From positions 1,760,001-1,824,000 of the forward strand of contig CBDFKD010000002.1 in the NCBI GenBank assembly GCA_965248695.1: DNA of 64,000 nucleotides. Direction: 5' to 3'. The position numbers and the translations under genes are program-made. Shown one piece after another: positions 36,165-46,334 of the stretch. Numbering within the stretch: position 1 is the stretch's first letter; each line of letters starts with the position of its first letter. Origin of the DNA: Acidobacteriota bacterium (GTDB lineage Bacteria; Acidobacteriota; UBA890; WLXD01). Under the pieces are notes generated by a model. The model saw nothing but the letters and a program-made list of their open reading frames with translations, had not been told where the DNA came from and made no database searches.

Positions 36165-36599
36165 TCAAAGAATGTTGCCCCACGAGGCCTTCTCGGCCGC
36201 CGTGGGAATAGAGATGTTCTTCACCTGCGCCTGCTTGAGCTCGTCGAAGGCATTGACCATGCACTTATACGGAGCCTCAGGATCCGGATCGATGATGACG
36301 AACTTGTTCGGATTCCTGGCCAGCTTGGGCTCGATGTAGATCTGAATGTCGCCCAGGCTCATCTGTTCCCGATCGACCTCGTAGACACAGTCGGCTCCCG
36401 CCGGGATCACATGGATGTGGATCGCCTCCTCCTGACTCGAGTCAGGAGGTGTGTCCTGGTTCTTCGGCAGCTGGAACTCCAAGCCGCGCGTGACCGAGAA
36501 CACCGAAGTGATCATGAAGAACACGATCAGCAGGAAGGCAATATCGGCCATCGAAGCCGTCGGGATCTCGACGTCGCTTCCCTTCTTCTTGAGCTTCAC
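36165..36599 (-). CDS. exbD: Biopolymer transporter ExbD
   Basis: IPTASMADIAFLLIVFFMIT. Confidence 0.9.
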   Translation of the reverse strand: MKLKKKGSDVEIPTASMADIAFLLIVFFMITSVFSVTRGLEFQLPKNQDTPPDSSQEEAIHIHVIPAGADCVYEVDREQMSLGDIQIYIEPKLARNPNKFVIIDPDPEAPYKCMVNAFDELKQAQVKNISIPTAAEKASWGNIL

Positions 36600-36611
36600 A
36601 ACCTCCCCCCT

Positions 36612-37031
36612 TTATTCAACGCCTTCTTGCTGCGTCAGCATGGCGATGTTGCGGACGGATGCCTGTCGCAGCTGCTCCATCACCTGGTCGATGAACTGGT
36701 ACTGCGCGTCGCCGTCGGCTTTGACGATGAACCACATGAGTGAGTTCTTCTCGATCACGAAAGCGGCCGCCGGTAGCACGTCGCTCATGTTGATTACGTG
36801 GCTCTGCTCGGTGCCATCCGAGAAGTGCACCACTCCGTCCCGTTCGACCGCGACAACCGCCGCGTCCTTGGGAACCTCGACTCGTTCGAGGCTCGTCGGG
36901 AGAGCCACGGCAGTTCGGTCGACGGTGATGCTCGTCGTGATCATGAAGAACACGATCAGCAGAAAAGCAATATCCGCCATCGATGCAGTCGGAATCATGG
37001 AGTCCGACCGTTTCGGCTGTCTTAGTCGCAT
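36612..37031 (-). CDS. exbD: Biopolymer transporter ExbD (second copy)
   Basis: IPTASMADIAFLLIVFFMIT, KADGDAQY. Confidence 0.9.
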   Translation of the reverse strand: MRLRQPKRSDSMIPTASMADIAFLLIVFFMITTSITVDRTAVALPTSLERVEVPKDAAVVAVERDGVVHFSDGTEQSHVINMSDVLPAAAFVIEKNSLMWFIVKADGDAQYQFIDQVMEQLRQASVRNIAMLTQQEGVE

Positions 37032-37080
37032 AGGACCACCTTGCTCCGTTGCGCCTGAGGGGAAGCGCTATGTGTCGGAG

Positions 37081-37716
37081 CTACTCCGAGTCCATCTCGG
37101 CATACGTCTCGAGCAAGACGTTTGCTGCCGTCTCCATCTCGAGCACGAACTTGCCGACCACACCCGTGAAGTAGTTGAACGCGATCAGTACCGGCACGGC
37201 AACCACCAGACCGCCCGCGGTGGTGATCAGCGCCTCGGAAATACCCTTGGCAACCAAACCCGGGTTGGACAGACCGGCACGTGCGAGTGCATCGAACGAG
37301 TTGATCATACCCGAGACGGTGCCGAGGAAGCCAACGAGCGGCGCCGTGTTGGCCACCGTTGCCAGCACACCGAGACCACGCTCGAGGCGATGCAGCTCGT
37401 GCGCCGAGGCCGACTCGATGGTGCGCTCGATCTCCTCTTGGGGACGTCCGTGCTTGATCAGACCCGCTTTCATGATGTTAGCGATCGGGCCCTGATACTC
37501 CTCACAGACCGTGATCGCTTCCTTCACGTTGCGCCGCTTGAGGAGCGCCGTCCGGATCCTGCCGATGAACTCCTGGGTGTTCACGCGCGCCTTCCACATG
37601 GCGTAGAAACGCTCGATGACGAACACCAAGCCCACCAGCGAGAACAAGAGCAACACGTGCATGAACGGGCCGCCCTGGTTGTATAGGCGGAACAGGTTTC
37701 CCGCAGTGAAACTCAC
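37081..37716 (-). CDS. exbB: MotA/TolQ/ExbB proton channel protein
   Basis: APLVGFLGTVSGMI, GISEALITTAGGLVVAVP; GGAGG RBS. Confidence 0.92.
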   Translation of the reverse strand: MSFTAGNLFRLYNQGGPFMHVLLLFSLVGLVFVIERFYAMWKARVNTQEFIGRIRTALLKRRNVKEAITVCEEYQGPIANIMKAGLIKHGRPQEEIERTIESASAHELHRLERGLGVLATVANTAPLVGFLGTVSGMINSFDALARAGLSNPGLVAKGISEALITTAGGLVVAVPVLIAFNYFTGVVGKFVLEMETAANVLLETYAEMDSE

Positions 37717-37866
37717 GTCAGCTTCCTCCCGTTGAAAAACTTCAAGTAGCCCGCAACAAGCGCGCGTGGCGAGCTGCGCTGTGGCGATTCGCCCCGAGGA
37801 TTCGCAAAAGCCGTCTCGGCGCTTCCCCGACGGCCAAACACTGCGTCTGCCTGGGATTGGATCGAG

Positions 37867-37896
37867 CTTTTAGCACGTAGTCGAAAACACTGTCAA
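37867..37896 (-). promoter_or_regulatory. Putative sigma70 promoter of the exbB operon
   Basis: Minus strand TTGACA, 18-nt spacer ending TGC, then TAAAAG. Confidence 0.5.
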
Positions 37897-38028
37897 CAAC
37901 GAGGCATTCGACGGCGTCGGTTCGAACAGCCGTGATCGCCGGTTTCAGGCCGGCTACCAGGCGAATCCGGAAAGCGTGCCCGACCGGCCTTGGCTCCGTC
38001 TGAGCCCGCGCTGACCGCCCCAGTCGGC

Positions 38029-39309
38029 CTATTCGGCGAAATAACCAGGACGCGACCGGACCTGTCTCTTCGTGTCCGATCCGCGAACTACGACAAGGAT
38101 TTCGACCTCCCTCCATTCGCCCGAGCCACCCGCGGACCGCGGTTCGTAGGTGAGCCGGTACTGCTGTCGAAGGTCATCGGTGATCGTGTCATAGACCTTG
38201 CGCGGATCGCCCATCGTGCTCAGATGCAGCACACGACCGCCAGTCGCCTCGGCCAACTTCTGCAGCACCCAGCGCTCGAAAAAGTAACGCGGGGTCACAC
38301 CGACACCAATCGGATAGACGGCGACCTCGGCCTGTTGAGCGGCGCGGATCGCGTCGTCAAGGTCGGCCATGCTGTTGGCATCGTGCCCGTCCGTCAGCAC
38401 GACCAGGGCACGCCTTCCGGTGTGGCCGACGAACTCATTCGTCGCCGCGATAATCGAGTCATACAAGCGCGTGTAGCGACCCGCGGTGATCAGATCCAGC
38501 GACGCTGACAGCCGAGGCACGTCGTCGGTGAACTCCTGCAGAACTGCCGGCAGATCCGAAAACGACATCACGAAGGCCTTGTCGTGCGGCTGCTGCATCA
38601 ACCCGTCGATGAAACCACCAGCAGTCTCGAGTGCGTAACCAAGACGCTCGACCATGCTGCCGCTGCAATCCACCAGGAGTCCAATCGAAAGCGGCAGATT
38701 GCTGCTGTGCTCGACCTCGAGGATCGGTTGCTCGACGCCGTCTTCGGTGACCAGAAACTCGCTCGAGTCCAAAGGCCTCTCAGGTAGACGTTTGCCGTCG
38801 ACGTGGACGTACATCTCGACGCGCTCCACCCTGCTGGTAAAGCGGCTCGTCAGGCTGACGTCGGGCGGCGCAGCAGTTTCCATCGCGGCCTCCACGATCC
38901 TTCCTGACGGCCCGTAAGCGCGCGCCACGATACGGTGCGCCCTCAGCTCCCGCGTTCGCCAGACGAGCTCGTACGGGGCCGTCGCGTCGGAGAACAGCAA
39001 CCTGCCGTCCACCTCGAACTCCACGAAGAGCACCTCGTCCGGTCGATCGGCATCGACCTCCGCCCGTAGCTCGACCCGGCCGAGAACGTGTTCACCGGAT
39101 AGCGGCGCCGTAAGGCGGACCGCGAAGTCGCGGAGCGGCTCGGTCGAACCGCGCGACGGATCCTGGATCTGCGCGCTAGGTGCCGGCGTGGCGTCGCCGG
39201 TGCGCGCCGCCGGTGTTGCCACCGCCACGCCACAGGTCAACGCGCCGGCGCTGCAAGCCCTCGCCAGTCGCGACCGGCCGAGGCACCGCGCGATCGACTC
39301 GAATCCCAT
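38029..39309 (-). CDS. Ig-like + VWA domain protein (acidobacterial VWFA type)
   Basis: MIDAS DCSGSM, TRLYDSI, VLTDGHD, LRQQYRLTY, VRSRPGYFA; N-terminal VEFEVDG..APYE Ig-like motif. Confidence 0.88.
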   Translation of the reverse strand: MGFESIARCLGRSRLARACSAGALTCGVAVATPAARTGDATPAPSAQIQDPSRGSTEPLRDFAVRLTAPLSGEHVLGRVELRAEVDADRPDEVLFVEFEVDGRLLFSDATAPYELVWRTRELRAHRIVARAYGPSGRIVEAAMETAAPPDVSLTSRFTSRVERVEMYVHVDGKRLPERPLDSSEFLVTEDGVEQPILEVEHSSNLPLSIGLLVDCSGSMVERLGYALETAGGFIDGLMQQPHDKAFVMSFSDLPAVLQEFTDDVPRLSASLDLITAGRYTRLYDSIIAATNEFVGHTGRRALVVLTDGHDANSMADLDDAIRAAQQAEVAVYPIGVGVTPRYFFERWVLQKLAEATGGRVLHLSTMGDPRKVYDTITDDLRQQYRLTYEPRSAGGSGEWREVEILVVVRGSDTKRQVRSRPGYFAE

Positions 39310-39361
39310 CGCTCTCCGCTACACCTGTCTTCGAGCTACCCCACCGATGATGGCGAGCCCG

Positions 39362-40504
39362 TCAGCTGATACCGTCCCGCGACTTGCCCGCCACGCTGAC
39401 ACGATTGGCCTCTTCGAGGCGCCCCTGCGCCCGGTACACGCGCGCCAGCAGGTACCGCGGCTCGGCGTAGTCGTGCTTCAGGGCAATCGCTCGCTCGAAA
39501 GGCTTGATCGACCCTTCGATATCGCCCGCCTGATACTTCGCCAGGCCGAGGTGATAGTGCACGAACGGATTGCTCTTCTGCAGCTCGATGGCGCGCTCGT
39601 ACCACTGCACTGCAAGATCGAACTCACCGCGACGGAGGTAGAGGTTGCCCAGATTGTGACGTGGTGCCGCGAATTCGCCGTCCGACACGAGCGCCGCCCG
39701 GTACGCCCTCTCGGCTGCGTCGTCGTCGCCCAGGCGACTCGCGGCGACTCCACTGTTGTTCTCGGCGCGGGCGAAGCCCGGCATCACCCGGGTCGACATC
39801 TCGAAGTCCTGCAAGGCCCGCTCCCAGGGGATCTCGTCGCCGGCTCCCTGGGCGACGCTGATCGTCTCGTAGCCGCGGTTGTTGTAAAAGTGGGCCAATG
39901 CCTCGAGGTCATCGATGACCCGAAAGGTCCGATAGTTGGAGATCTCGCCGGTAAAATCGACCAGCGACCAGCCGCGGTCGGTATGCACCGTGGCGGCGAT
40001 ATGTCCCGTATCGACGATCAGCTCATCGGCCCGCAGCAAGTCGTTGATACGGTCCGAGGCATCGACGTAGTACGCCGTGAGTCCGACGGCGCGGGCAAGC
40101 CCGATATATAGCGAGGTCAAAGACAGGCAGTTGCCATGACCGTTGGCTACGGTTTCCGGCGCCGTCGTGGTGGTTACGCGTTCGTAGGTCAAGCCGAATT
40201 GCTGTCGGTTGGTGATCGCCCCTACCAGGAGGTCGGCGCGCACGCTGTCGTTCATCGATCCGTCGACATACTCCAGGGCTCTCGCAACCAGCTCGGGGGT
40301 CGCCTGGAAAGGCACCACGATGTCGCGAATTCGCTCCGTGCCGACGCGCGAGGCAATAGCAGATTTCAGATCGTGAGGCGTGTACGCCAGACGTCGGCTG
40401 TTGCCGCAGCCGGCAAGCAGCAGCATGGCTGCCACGGCAACCGCCGCACCGGGCAGCAAGACCGGGCGCCGTAAGGTGCGCAAGGCTCTACGCCTATCAG
40501 GCAT
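39362..40504 (-). CDS. Lipoprotein with transglutaminase-like domain and TPR repeats
   Basis: Lipobox LAGC; GNCLS..GHI..VDF putative Cys-His-Asp triad; C-terminal TPRs; GGAGG RBS. Confidence 0.8.
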   Translation of the reverse strand: MPDRRRALRTLRRPVLLPGAAVAVAAMLLLAGCGNSRRLAYTPHDLKSAIASRVGTERIRDIVVPFQATPELVARALEYVDGSMNDSVRADLLVGAITNRQQFGLTYERVTTTTAPETVANGHGNCLSLTSLYIGLARAVGLTAYYVDASDRINDLLRADELIVDTGHIAATVHTDRGWSLVDFTGEISNYRTFRVIDDLEALAHFYNNRGYETISVAQGAGDEIPWERALQDFEMSTRVMPGFARAENNSGVAASRLGDDDAAERAYRAALVSDGEFAAPRHNLGNLYLRRGEFDLAVQWYERAIELQKSNPFVHYHLGLAKYQAGDIEGSIKPFERAIALKHDYAEPRYLLARVYRAQGRLEEANRVSVAGKSRDGIS

Positions 40505-40671
40505 CGGAACGTCCCTCCGGGATGGGCCACGAGAGCGACGGATCGGATGCGGCCAGCGCACCCTGGTCGGCAACCAGTGTTGCGCCAGCGCGGTTCCGAA
40601 AGGATCGCCCGTCGCGGCAGCCCTATGAGGGTAGCCCGCCGCGGCAGCTCGGCGCCACGGCGTCGGTGTCG

Positions 40672-42711
40672 CTACTGCGGTTCGCCACCGCGGTCGTCAG
40701 CCTCGAGATGAAACGGTGTCTGAACGACTCGCTCGACGCCGCTGACCAGATCCTTGACCGTGACCTCGATGCGGTAGTCACCGCCTGGTTCCAGGCGGTT
40801 GATCTGAGCGAGCGGAATCTGCTGGCCGAGAATATGGAAGTCGAGCACCTGCGGCGGGATTGTCGCCAGCGACCGGGAGCCCTCGAGCCCGGCGAGCAGC
40901 CGATATTGAACCTCGAGTCTCGGCTTGCCAAGGGCGCCGGGATCCGAGCTCCAGCCAGTTGCGAGCAGGATCACATCGACGATGTCGTCGCGCCGAAAGG
41001 TACGACTCAGGTCGTCATTCACCACCATGCGGCCAAGCCGCATCCCTTCATAGATCGTGCGGGGATCAATCGCCGTCTCGTCGGTGAGGTGCGGCGGCCG
41101 CGCCATCAGGGGGCGCGTCAGCGTCAGCTCATCGACAGCGAAGTCGGGCACTTCGAAGGTCTCGTCGCGGGTCACGGCATTGCCGGTGGTCTCGTCGAGA
41201 ACCCCCCAAGCCAGACGGTACTCACCTGGATAGAGACTCACCCCGAACGACAAAGTGGGGCTCTCCACTTCGTCGCCGTCGGACTCGAGCAGACGGTGCG
41301 GAACGATGAAACGGTGAACAGTGTCCTCGCTGCCGGGCTCACCCTGTAGCACCGCGCCGAACATCTTCAGGTGAGCCCGCGGCTCTCTCGGCCCCTCGAC
41401 ATCATCTTCGTCGACCCTGTCGAGGCCATCGTCGTCGGTATCGTCCAGGCCGACGTCGTCGAGGCTCGCGTCCTCTTCGTTGTCCTCATCGGCGTCACCT
41501 GGGTCTAGGGTGTCATCGGCGGCGGCAATCTCGTCGGCCTCTCCCTCCACCTCGACGTCCCTGCCGGTGTCCGATTCGTCAGTCTCGGCCTCGTCGACAA
41601 ACCCGTCGGCAGCGACCTCGGTCGCCTCGGCGTCTTGGGGATCCTCTTCCTGCTGGACCTCACCGTCGTCCTCGCCATCGCTGCCCTCGTCGTCTTCGTC
41701 GACCCCCGGAACGACGAACTCCAGCGCTTCCTTGCCGACCTTGAAGGACAGCACGGTGTAGGTGGCGTCAGTGGCCGGGAAGTAGTCGAAGCGCTGCCGC
41801 AACTCCAGATCATCGCGACCGGTACCGCCGAAAACCAGCTGCATCCACACCTGAACCTCGGGCGCCACACGGACCGGAGTCGGTCCTTCGTCAGCGCCTT
41901 CGGCCTCCGTGTCATCCTCAACATCCGGGTCAGTCCCTTCCTCCGGCTCATCGTCCGTCTCACCGACGAGCTCGGACGCGTTTTCGTCGTCCGCTTCGGG
42001 CTCCTCCTCGGGCGTCTCTTCGGACTCCTCTTCCGGCTCTTCTTTGGGCTTCGCGATGGCGTCGTCACGACCGCCGACAGCGCGAGCCAGTTGCATGCGT
42101 AGCTCTGACTCGAGGCTGGCCAGGAATGTCTGATTGTCGAGATCGATCTCGATCTCCGGAAACAACCGGTAGCCCCCCTCGAATCGCTCGAACAGAGCGT
42201 CGTCGTTGAGCGGCTCGCGCCGGTACGACCACACCAGCTCCGGATCACCTTCAGCGAGCAGGGCACGCATCTCCTGCGTATCCGGCAGTCCGAGCACCAT
42301 CATCACTCGACCGCGGTCCGTCTGATAACCCGGAACGTCACCCTCGGCGAACAAGCGAGAGGCGCGCTCGGCACGGCGCTCGAACACTCGGCGCACCTCG
42401 TTAACCTCTGTACCCGGCGTCGGGTCGCGCACCTGCCAGAACGTGTCGACGAACAGTTGCCGCTCGGCTTCGGTGCGCAACCGTGCCCAGGCGAGCGACT
42501 CGGACTCCGACATGAGCACCCCGATGAGCTCGTCATATGTCGCCAGCGGCGCGATAGGCTCCGGGGCAGCGACCTGCTGGGTGCCATCCTGCTGGGCGGC
42601 GGCCTCCTGAGCGGCGGCCTCGTGAGCGGTGGCCACCTGAGCAAGCGACGCCGCTGACACGACGACAATCCACAGATACAGCGCGATTCTGAGATGCTGC
42701 GGCCTGCTCAT
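40672..42711 (-). CDS. GWxTD-domain protein with long acidic linkers
   Basis: FWQVRDPTPGTEVNE, GYQTDRGRVMMVLGLPD; signal peptide. Confidence 0.82.
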   Translation of the reverse strand: MSRPQHLRIALYLWIVVVSAASLAQVATAHEAAAQEAAAQQDGTQQVAAPEPIAPLATYDELIGVLMSESESLAWARLRTEAERQLFVDTFWQVRDPTPGTEVNEVRRVFERRAERASRLFAEGDVPGYQTDRGRVMMVLGLPDTQEMRALLAEGDPELVWSYRREPLNDDALFERFEGGYRLFPEIEIDLDNQTFLASLESELRMQLARAVGGRDDAIAKPKEEPEEESEETPEEEPEADDENASELVGETDDEPEEGTDPDVEDDTEAEGADEGPTPVRVAPEVQVWMQLVFGGTGRDDLELRQRFDYFPATDATYTVLSFKVGKEALEFVVPGVDEDDEGSDGEDDGEVQQEEDPQDAEATEVAADGFVDEAETDESDTGRDVEVEGEADEIAAADDTLDPGDADEDNEEDASLDDVGLDDTDDDGLDRVDEDDVEGPREPRAHLKMFGAVLQGEPGSEDTVHRFIVPHRLLESDGDEVESPTLSFGVSLYPGEYRLAWGVLDETTGNAVTRDETFEVPDFAVDELTLTRPLMARPPHLTDETAIDPRTIYEGMRLGRMVVNDDLSRTFRRDDIVDVILLATGWSSDPGALGKPRLEVQYRLLAGLEGSRSLATIPPQVLDFHILGQQIPLAQINRLEPGGDYRIEVTVKDLVSGVERVVQTPFHLEADDRGGEPQ

Positions 42712-42788
42712 CGGCTCGGAGGGCCTCGGGAGCGCGATAAAATCACACCGAGCCGCGCCCTTCGCGCGGCAGATCCTGAGTATAGTCC

Positions 42789-44621
42789 ATGCCCCTTGAC
42801 CCATTGGCGATAGCCCGCAGCGCGCTCGCGCGCGGCACGAACGGCATGCTCGCCGCCCTCCTGGGCTCGAGCCTGCTACAGACAGTGCCTGCTGCATCAC
42901 ATGTCAGCCGGTTGAGGTTCACCGATATCACCGCGGATGCCGGCATCGACTTCGTGCACGAACGGGGCGCCGAGGGGCTCAAGCACCTGCCAGAGACGAT
43001 GGGCCCTGGCGCCGCCTGGATCGACTTCGACGGTGATGGCGACTACGACCTCTACCTGGTCCAGAGCGGCGATCTTCGTCGTGGCCTTAGCGGCGGCCAG
43101 GATGCCGGCAACGTGCTGTACAGGAACCGTGGAAACGGCACGTTCGACGTCGTGGCGTCGGGGCTCGAGCACCAAGGCTATGGAATGGGTGTCAGCGCAG
43201 CCGACTTCGACGGCGACGGCTGGGTCGATGTATTCGCGACGAATCTAGGTCCCGACGCGCTCTTTCGCAACAACGGCGACGGCACCTACAGCGAGGCGCA
43301 AACCGGCGTGGCGAACGACGGACGGTGGTCGGCGAGCTCGGCATGGGGTGATCTCGACGCCGACGGCCTACCGGATCTGTTCGTCGCCAAGTACGTCGTC
43401 TACGACCTCGACGATGCGCCGTCGTGTGGTGAGCAGCAGCTCGCCATGCGCTCGTACTGTCACATTGACCTCTACGACGGCGAGCCGGATGCGTTGTACC
43501 GCAACATGGGCAACGGGCGCTTCATCGATATCGCCGCGCAAGCCGGCATCGTCGGTGCCGTTCCGGGTAAGGGACTCGGCGTTGTCATGGGCGACGTTGA
43601 CGAAAACGGCACGACCGACATCGTCGTCGCTAACGATACGCAGCAGAACTTCCTCTACTCGAATCGGGGGAACTGGACGTTTGAAGAGCTCGGGTTGTTC
43701 TCCGGGCTAGGATACGGCGGGGACGGCAAGGCGCAGGCTGGCATGGGCGTGGAGATGGCTGACATCGACGGCGACGGTGGTGCGGACTTCCTGGTGACCA
43801 ACTTCGCATTCGAAGCCAACAACCTCTATCGATCCGTAGCGCCGGGCATCTACCTTGACGATGCGTCGGCGCTCGGATTCGCGGACCCGGGCGTCGCCAA
43901 CCTCTCCTTCGGAATCGTCGCCTTCGACGCCGACGGCGACGGTGACCGCGAGGTTGCCGTTGCCAACGGACACATCCTCGACAACGTCAGCCAGGTGCAG
44001 GACAACACGACGTACGCGCAGCCCAATCACCTCTACGAGAATCGGTTGACCGATCTACGGCGCCAGGCTCTGCGCACCGGCGCCCTGTCCGCCGAACCGG
44101 GATCCGCAGACTGGAGACCCGCCGCAGGCCTGTTGCGACAGGTGGCCGACAGCACGGGGGACGCGTTCGTTGTCGAGCATGTGAGCCGCGGCATCGCCAG
44201 CGGCGATGCCGATGGTGACGCGCGCCCGGACCTGGTGATCACGAACTCGGGAGGGCCGGCTCGGCTGCTGCACAACGACAGCGCTCCCGAGGCCCACCGA
44301 CTGGTCCTCCGTCTACGCGGGCGCCGATCCAACCGAGGAGCGCTCGGCGCCCGCGTCACTGTGCGGCCGGTAGGCGGCGACGCGACAGTTGACGGCGCCG
44401 CCGGGTTCGATCAGGTCGCCGAGGTCCGATCCTCCTCGTCGTATTGCTCCCAGAACGCCGGCGACCTCTACTTCGGGCTCGCCGGGAGCGCCGCGGCGAA
44501 CGTCGAAATAGTCTGGCCGGACGGCGTCACACAGCACTTCGCGGCGCTGCCCGCCGACCATATGGTCCTTGTTTTCGAGGGCTCCGACACACCGGTCGCT
44601 CGCGCCGTGGCTCAGCCATGA
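42789..44621 (+). CDS. CRTAC1-family (FG-GAP/VCBS repeats + ASPIC/UnbV) protein; start may be 42846
   Basis: Multiple DxDGDG repeats, GKGLG, AGMG, SRG, GARVTV, SYCSQ, VWPDG. Confidence 0.9.
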   Translation: MPLDPLAIARSALARGTNGMLAALLGSSLLQTVPAASHVSRLRFTDITADAGIDFVHERGAEGLKHLPETMGPGAAWIDFDGDGDYDLYLVQSGDLRRGLSGGQDAGNVLYRNRGNGTFDVVASGLEHQGYGMGVSAADFDGDGWVDVFATNLGPDALFRNNGDGTYSEAQTGVANDGRWSASSAWGDLDADGLPDLFVAKYVVYDLDDAPSCGEQQLAMRSYCHIDLYDGEPDALYRNMGNGRFIDIAAQAGIVGAVPGKGLGVVMGDVDENGTTDIVVANDTQQNFLYSNRGNWTFEELGLFSGLGYGGDGKAQAGMGVEMADIDGDGGADFLVTNFAFEANNLYRSVAPGIYLDDASALGFADPGVANLSFGIVAFDADGDGDREVAVANGHILDNVSQVQDNTTYAQPNHLYENRLTDLRRQALRTGALSAEPGSADWRPAAGLLRQVADSTGDAFVVEHVSRGIASGDADGDARPDLVITNSGGPARLLHNDSAPEAHRLVLRLRGRRSNRGALGARVTVRPVGGDATVDGAAGFDQVAEVRSSSSYCSQNAGDLYFGLAGSAAANVEIVWPDGVTQHFAALPADHMVLVFEGSDTPVARAVAQP

Positions 44622-46327
44622 GACCGTGGCCGGCCGCCCTCGTGACGCTGATCGGGGTGGCGTCGCCCCTCGGCGGATACGGAACCCAGACACCGTTGTC
44701 CGTGACCTTCACCGACGCAACCGCCGAGGTCGGGGTGCACTTCCGCCACCACAATGGCAGCTCAGGCGAGCGCTACATGATCGAAACCTTGGGCTCGGGG
44801 CTGGCAGCCGCTGATCTCGACGCCGACGGTTGGCTTGACGCGTACTTCGCCCAGGGCGCGTCGGCGCCGGGTGGAGACGTGCCACCGGAGGGCGGGAACG
44901 TCCTGCTACGCGGCCACCCATCGGGCCATTTCGCGGCTACGCCCGCCTCGACCGGTGTCGAGAGCAAGGCCTGGTCAATGGGAGTGGCAGCCGCCGACTA
45001 CGACGCCGATGGACACCCGGACCTTTACGTGACGAACTTCGGGCGCAATCAGCTGTTCCGCAACAACGGCGACGGCAGCTTCAGCGAAATCGCCTCCAGC
45101 GTCGGGGTCGATGACCCGGGTTGGGGGGCCTCGGCGGCGTGGGGCGATATCGACAACGATGGATGGCTCGATCTGTACGTCGCCAACTACGTCGACTTCG
45201 CGTGGGACAACCACAAGTTCTGCGGCAACCCGCGGCGCAACCTACGCGCCTACTGCCACCCCGACGTCTACAACGCGGTCGCTGACCGCCTGTACCGCAA
45301 CCTGGGCAACGCTAGCTTCATCGAAGTCGGTGCCGGCGCCGGAATCGCCGACACAGTGGACGGCAAGGGCCTGGGCGTTGTCTTCGGCGATCACGATGAC
45401 GATGGCGACGTCGACCTGTACGTGGCCAACGACTCGACGCGAAACTTCCTCTACACCAACGACGGTAGCGGCGTGTTTGCCGAAGACGGGCTGCTCGCCG
45501 GAGTGGCGTTCAGCGCTGATGGACAAGCAGAAGCCGGAATGGGTACCGATTGGGGAGACTTCGATGGCGACCAGCGCCTGGATGTAGTGGTAACGAATCT
45601 CGATTTGGAAACCAACTCCCTGTATCGCAACCTCGGCGACGGCGTCTTCACCGACGTCACCTTCGCTCGGGGTCTGGGCGAGCCCAGCCTGAGGTACGTG
45701 GGCTTCGGCACCAACTGGGACGACTTCGACAACGATGCCGATCTCGATCTGTTCGTCGCCAACGGGCACATCATCGACAACATCGCCGAGTTCCGCGACA
45801 GCATCACCCATGCGCAGCCCAACCATCTGTACATCAACAACGGGGATGGAGAGTTCACCGAGCGTAGCCGCAGCGCTGGCGACGGTCTGGAGATCGTCAA
45901 GGTGTCGCGCGGCTCGGCCACGGGTGACTTCGACAACGATGGCGATCTGGATGTGATCGTCACCAACAACGACCAGGCGGCGGACTATCTACGCAATGAC
46001 GGTGGCCACGAGGCCGGCAACTGGATTCAGCTACGCCTGGTGGGCAGGCAGGCCAACCGCACTGGCGCCGGAGCACGGGTGGTCATTTCCGAGAGCACGC
46101 AGCGGCCACTGCTCCGCGAGCTACGCATCGGATCTTCTTATTGCAGCTCCGGACCGGCAACGATGCACATCGGGCTCGGGGCGGCCACCACGGTGACCCT
46201 CTCGGTACGCTGGCCCGGAGGCACGACCGAAGTTGTCGCCGACGTCGACGCCGGACGCTTCTACGTGATCCAGGAGGGTCGCGGAATCATCGCCGCGCGC
46301 CCGCCGGCGCCCGGAAGCGGAGCCTGA
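44618..46327 (+). CDS. CRTAC1-family (FG-GAP + ASPIC/UnbV) protein
   Basis: ATGA overlap; DxDNDG repeats, GKGLG, AGMG, NWIQLRL, GARV, VRWPGG. Confidence 0.9.
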   Translation: MRPWPAALVTLIGVASPLGGYGTQTPLSVTFTDATAEVGVHFRHHNGSSGERYMIETLGSGLAAADLDADGWLDAYFAQGASAPGGDVPPEGGNVLLRGHPSGHFAATPASTGVESKAWSMGVAAADYDADGHPDLYVTNFGRNQLFRNNGDGSFSEIASSVGVDDPGWGASAAWGDIDNDGWLDLYVANYVDFAWDNHKFCGNPRRNLRAYCHPDVYNAVADRLYRNLGNASFIEVGAGAGIADTVDGKGLGVVFGDHDDDGDVDLYVANDSTRNFLYTNDGSGVFAEDGLLAGVAFSADGQAEAGMGTDWGDFDGDQRLDVVVTNLDLETNSLYRNLGDGVFTDVTFARGLGEPSLRYVGFGTNWDDFDNDADLDLFVANGHIIDNIAEFRDSITHAQPNHLYINNGDGEFTERSRSAGDGLEIVKVSRGSATGDFDNDGDLDVIVTNNDQAADYLRNDGGHEAGNWIQLRLVGRQANRTGAGARVVISESTQRPLLRELRIGSSYCSSGPATMHIGLGAATTVTLSVRWPGGTTEVVADVDAGRFYVIQEGRGIIAARPPAPGSGA

Positions 46328-46334
46328 AGGCCAG

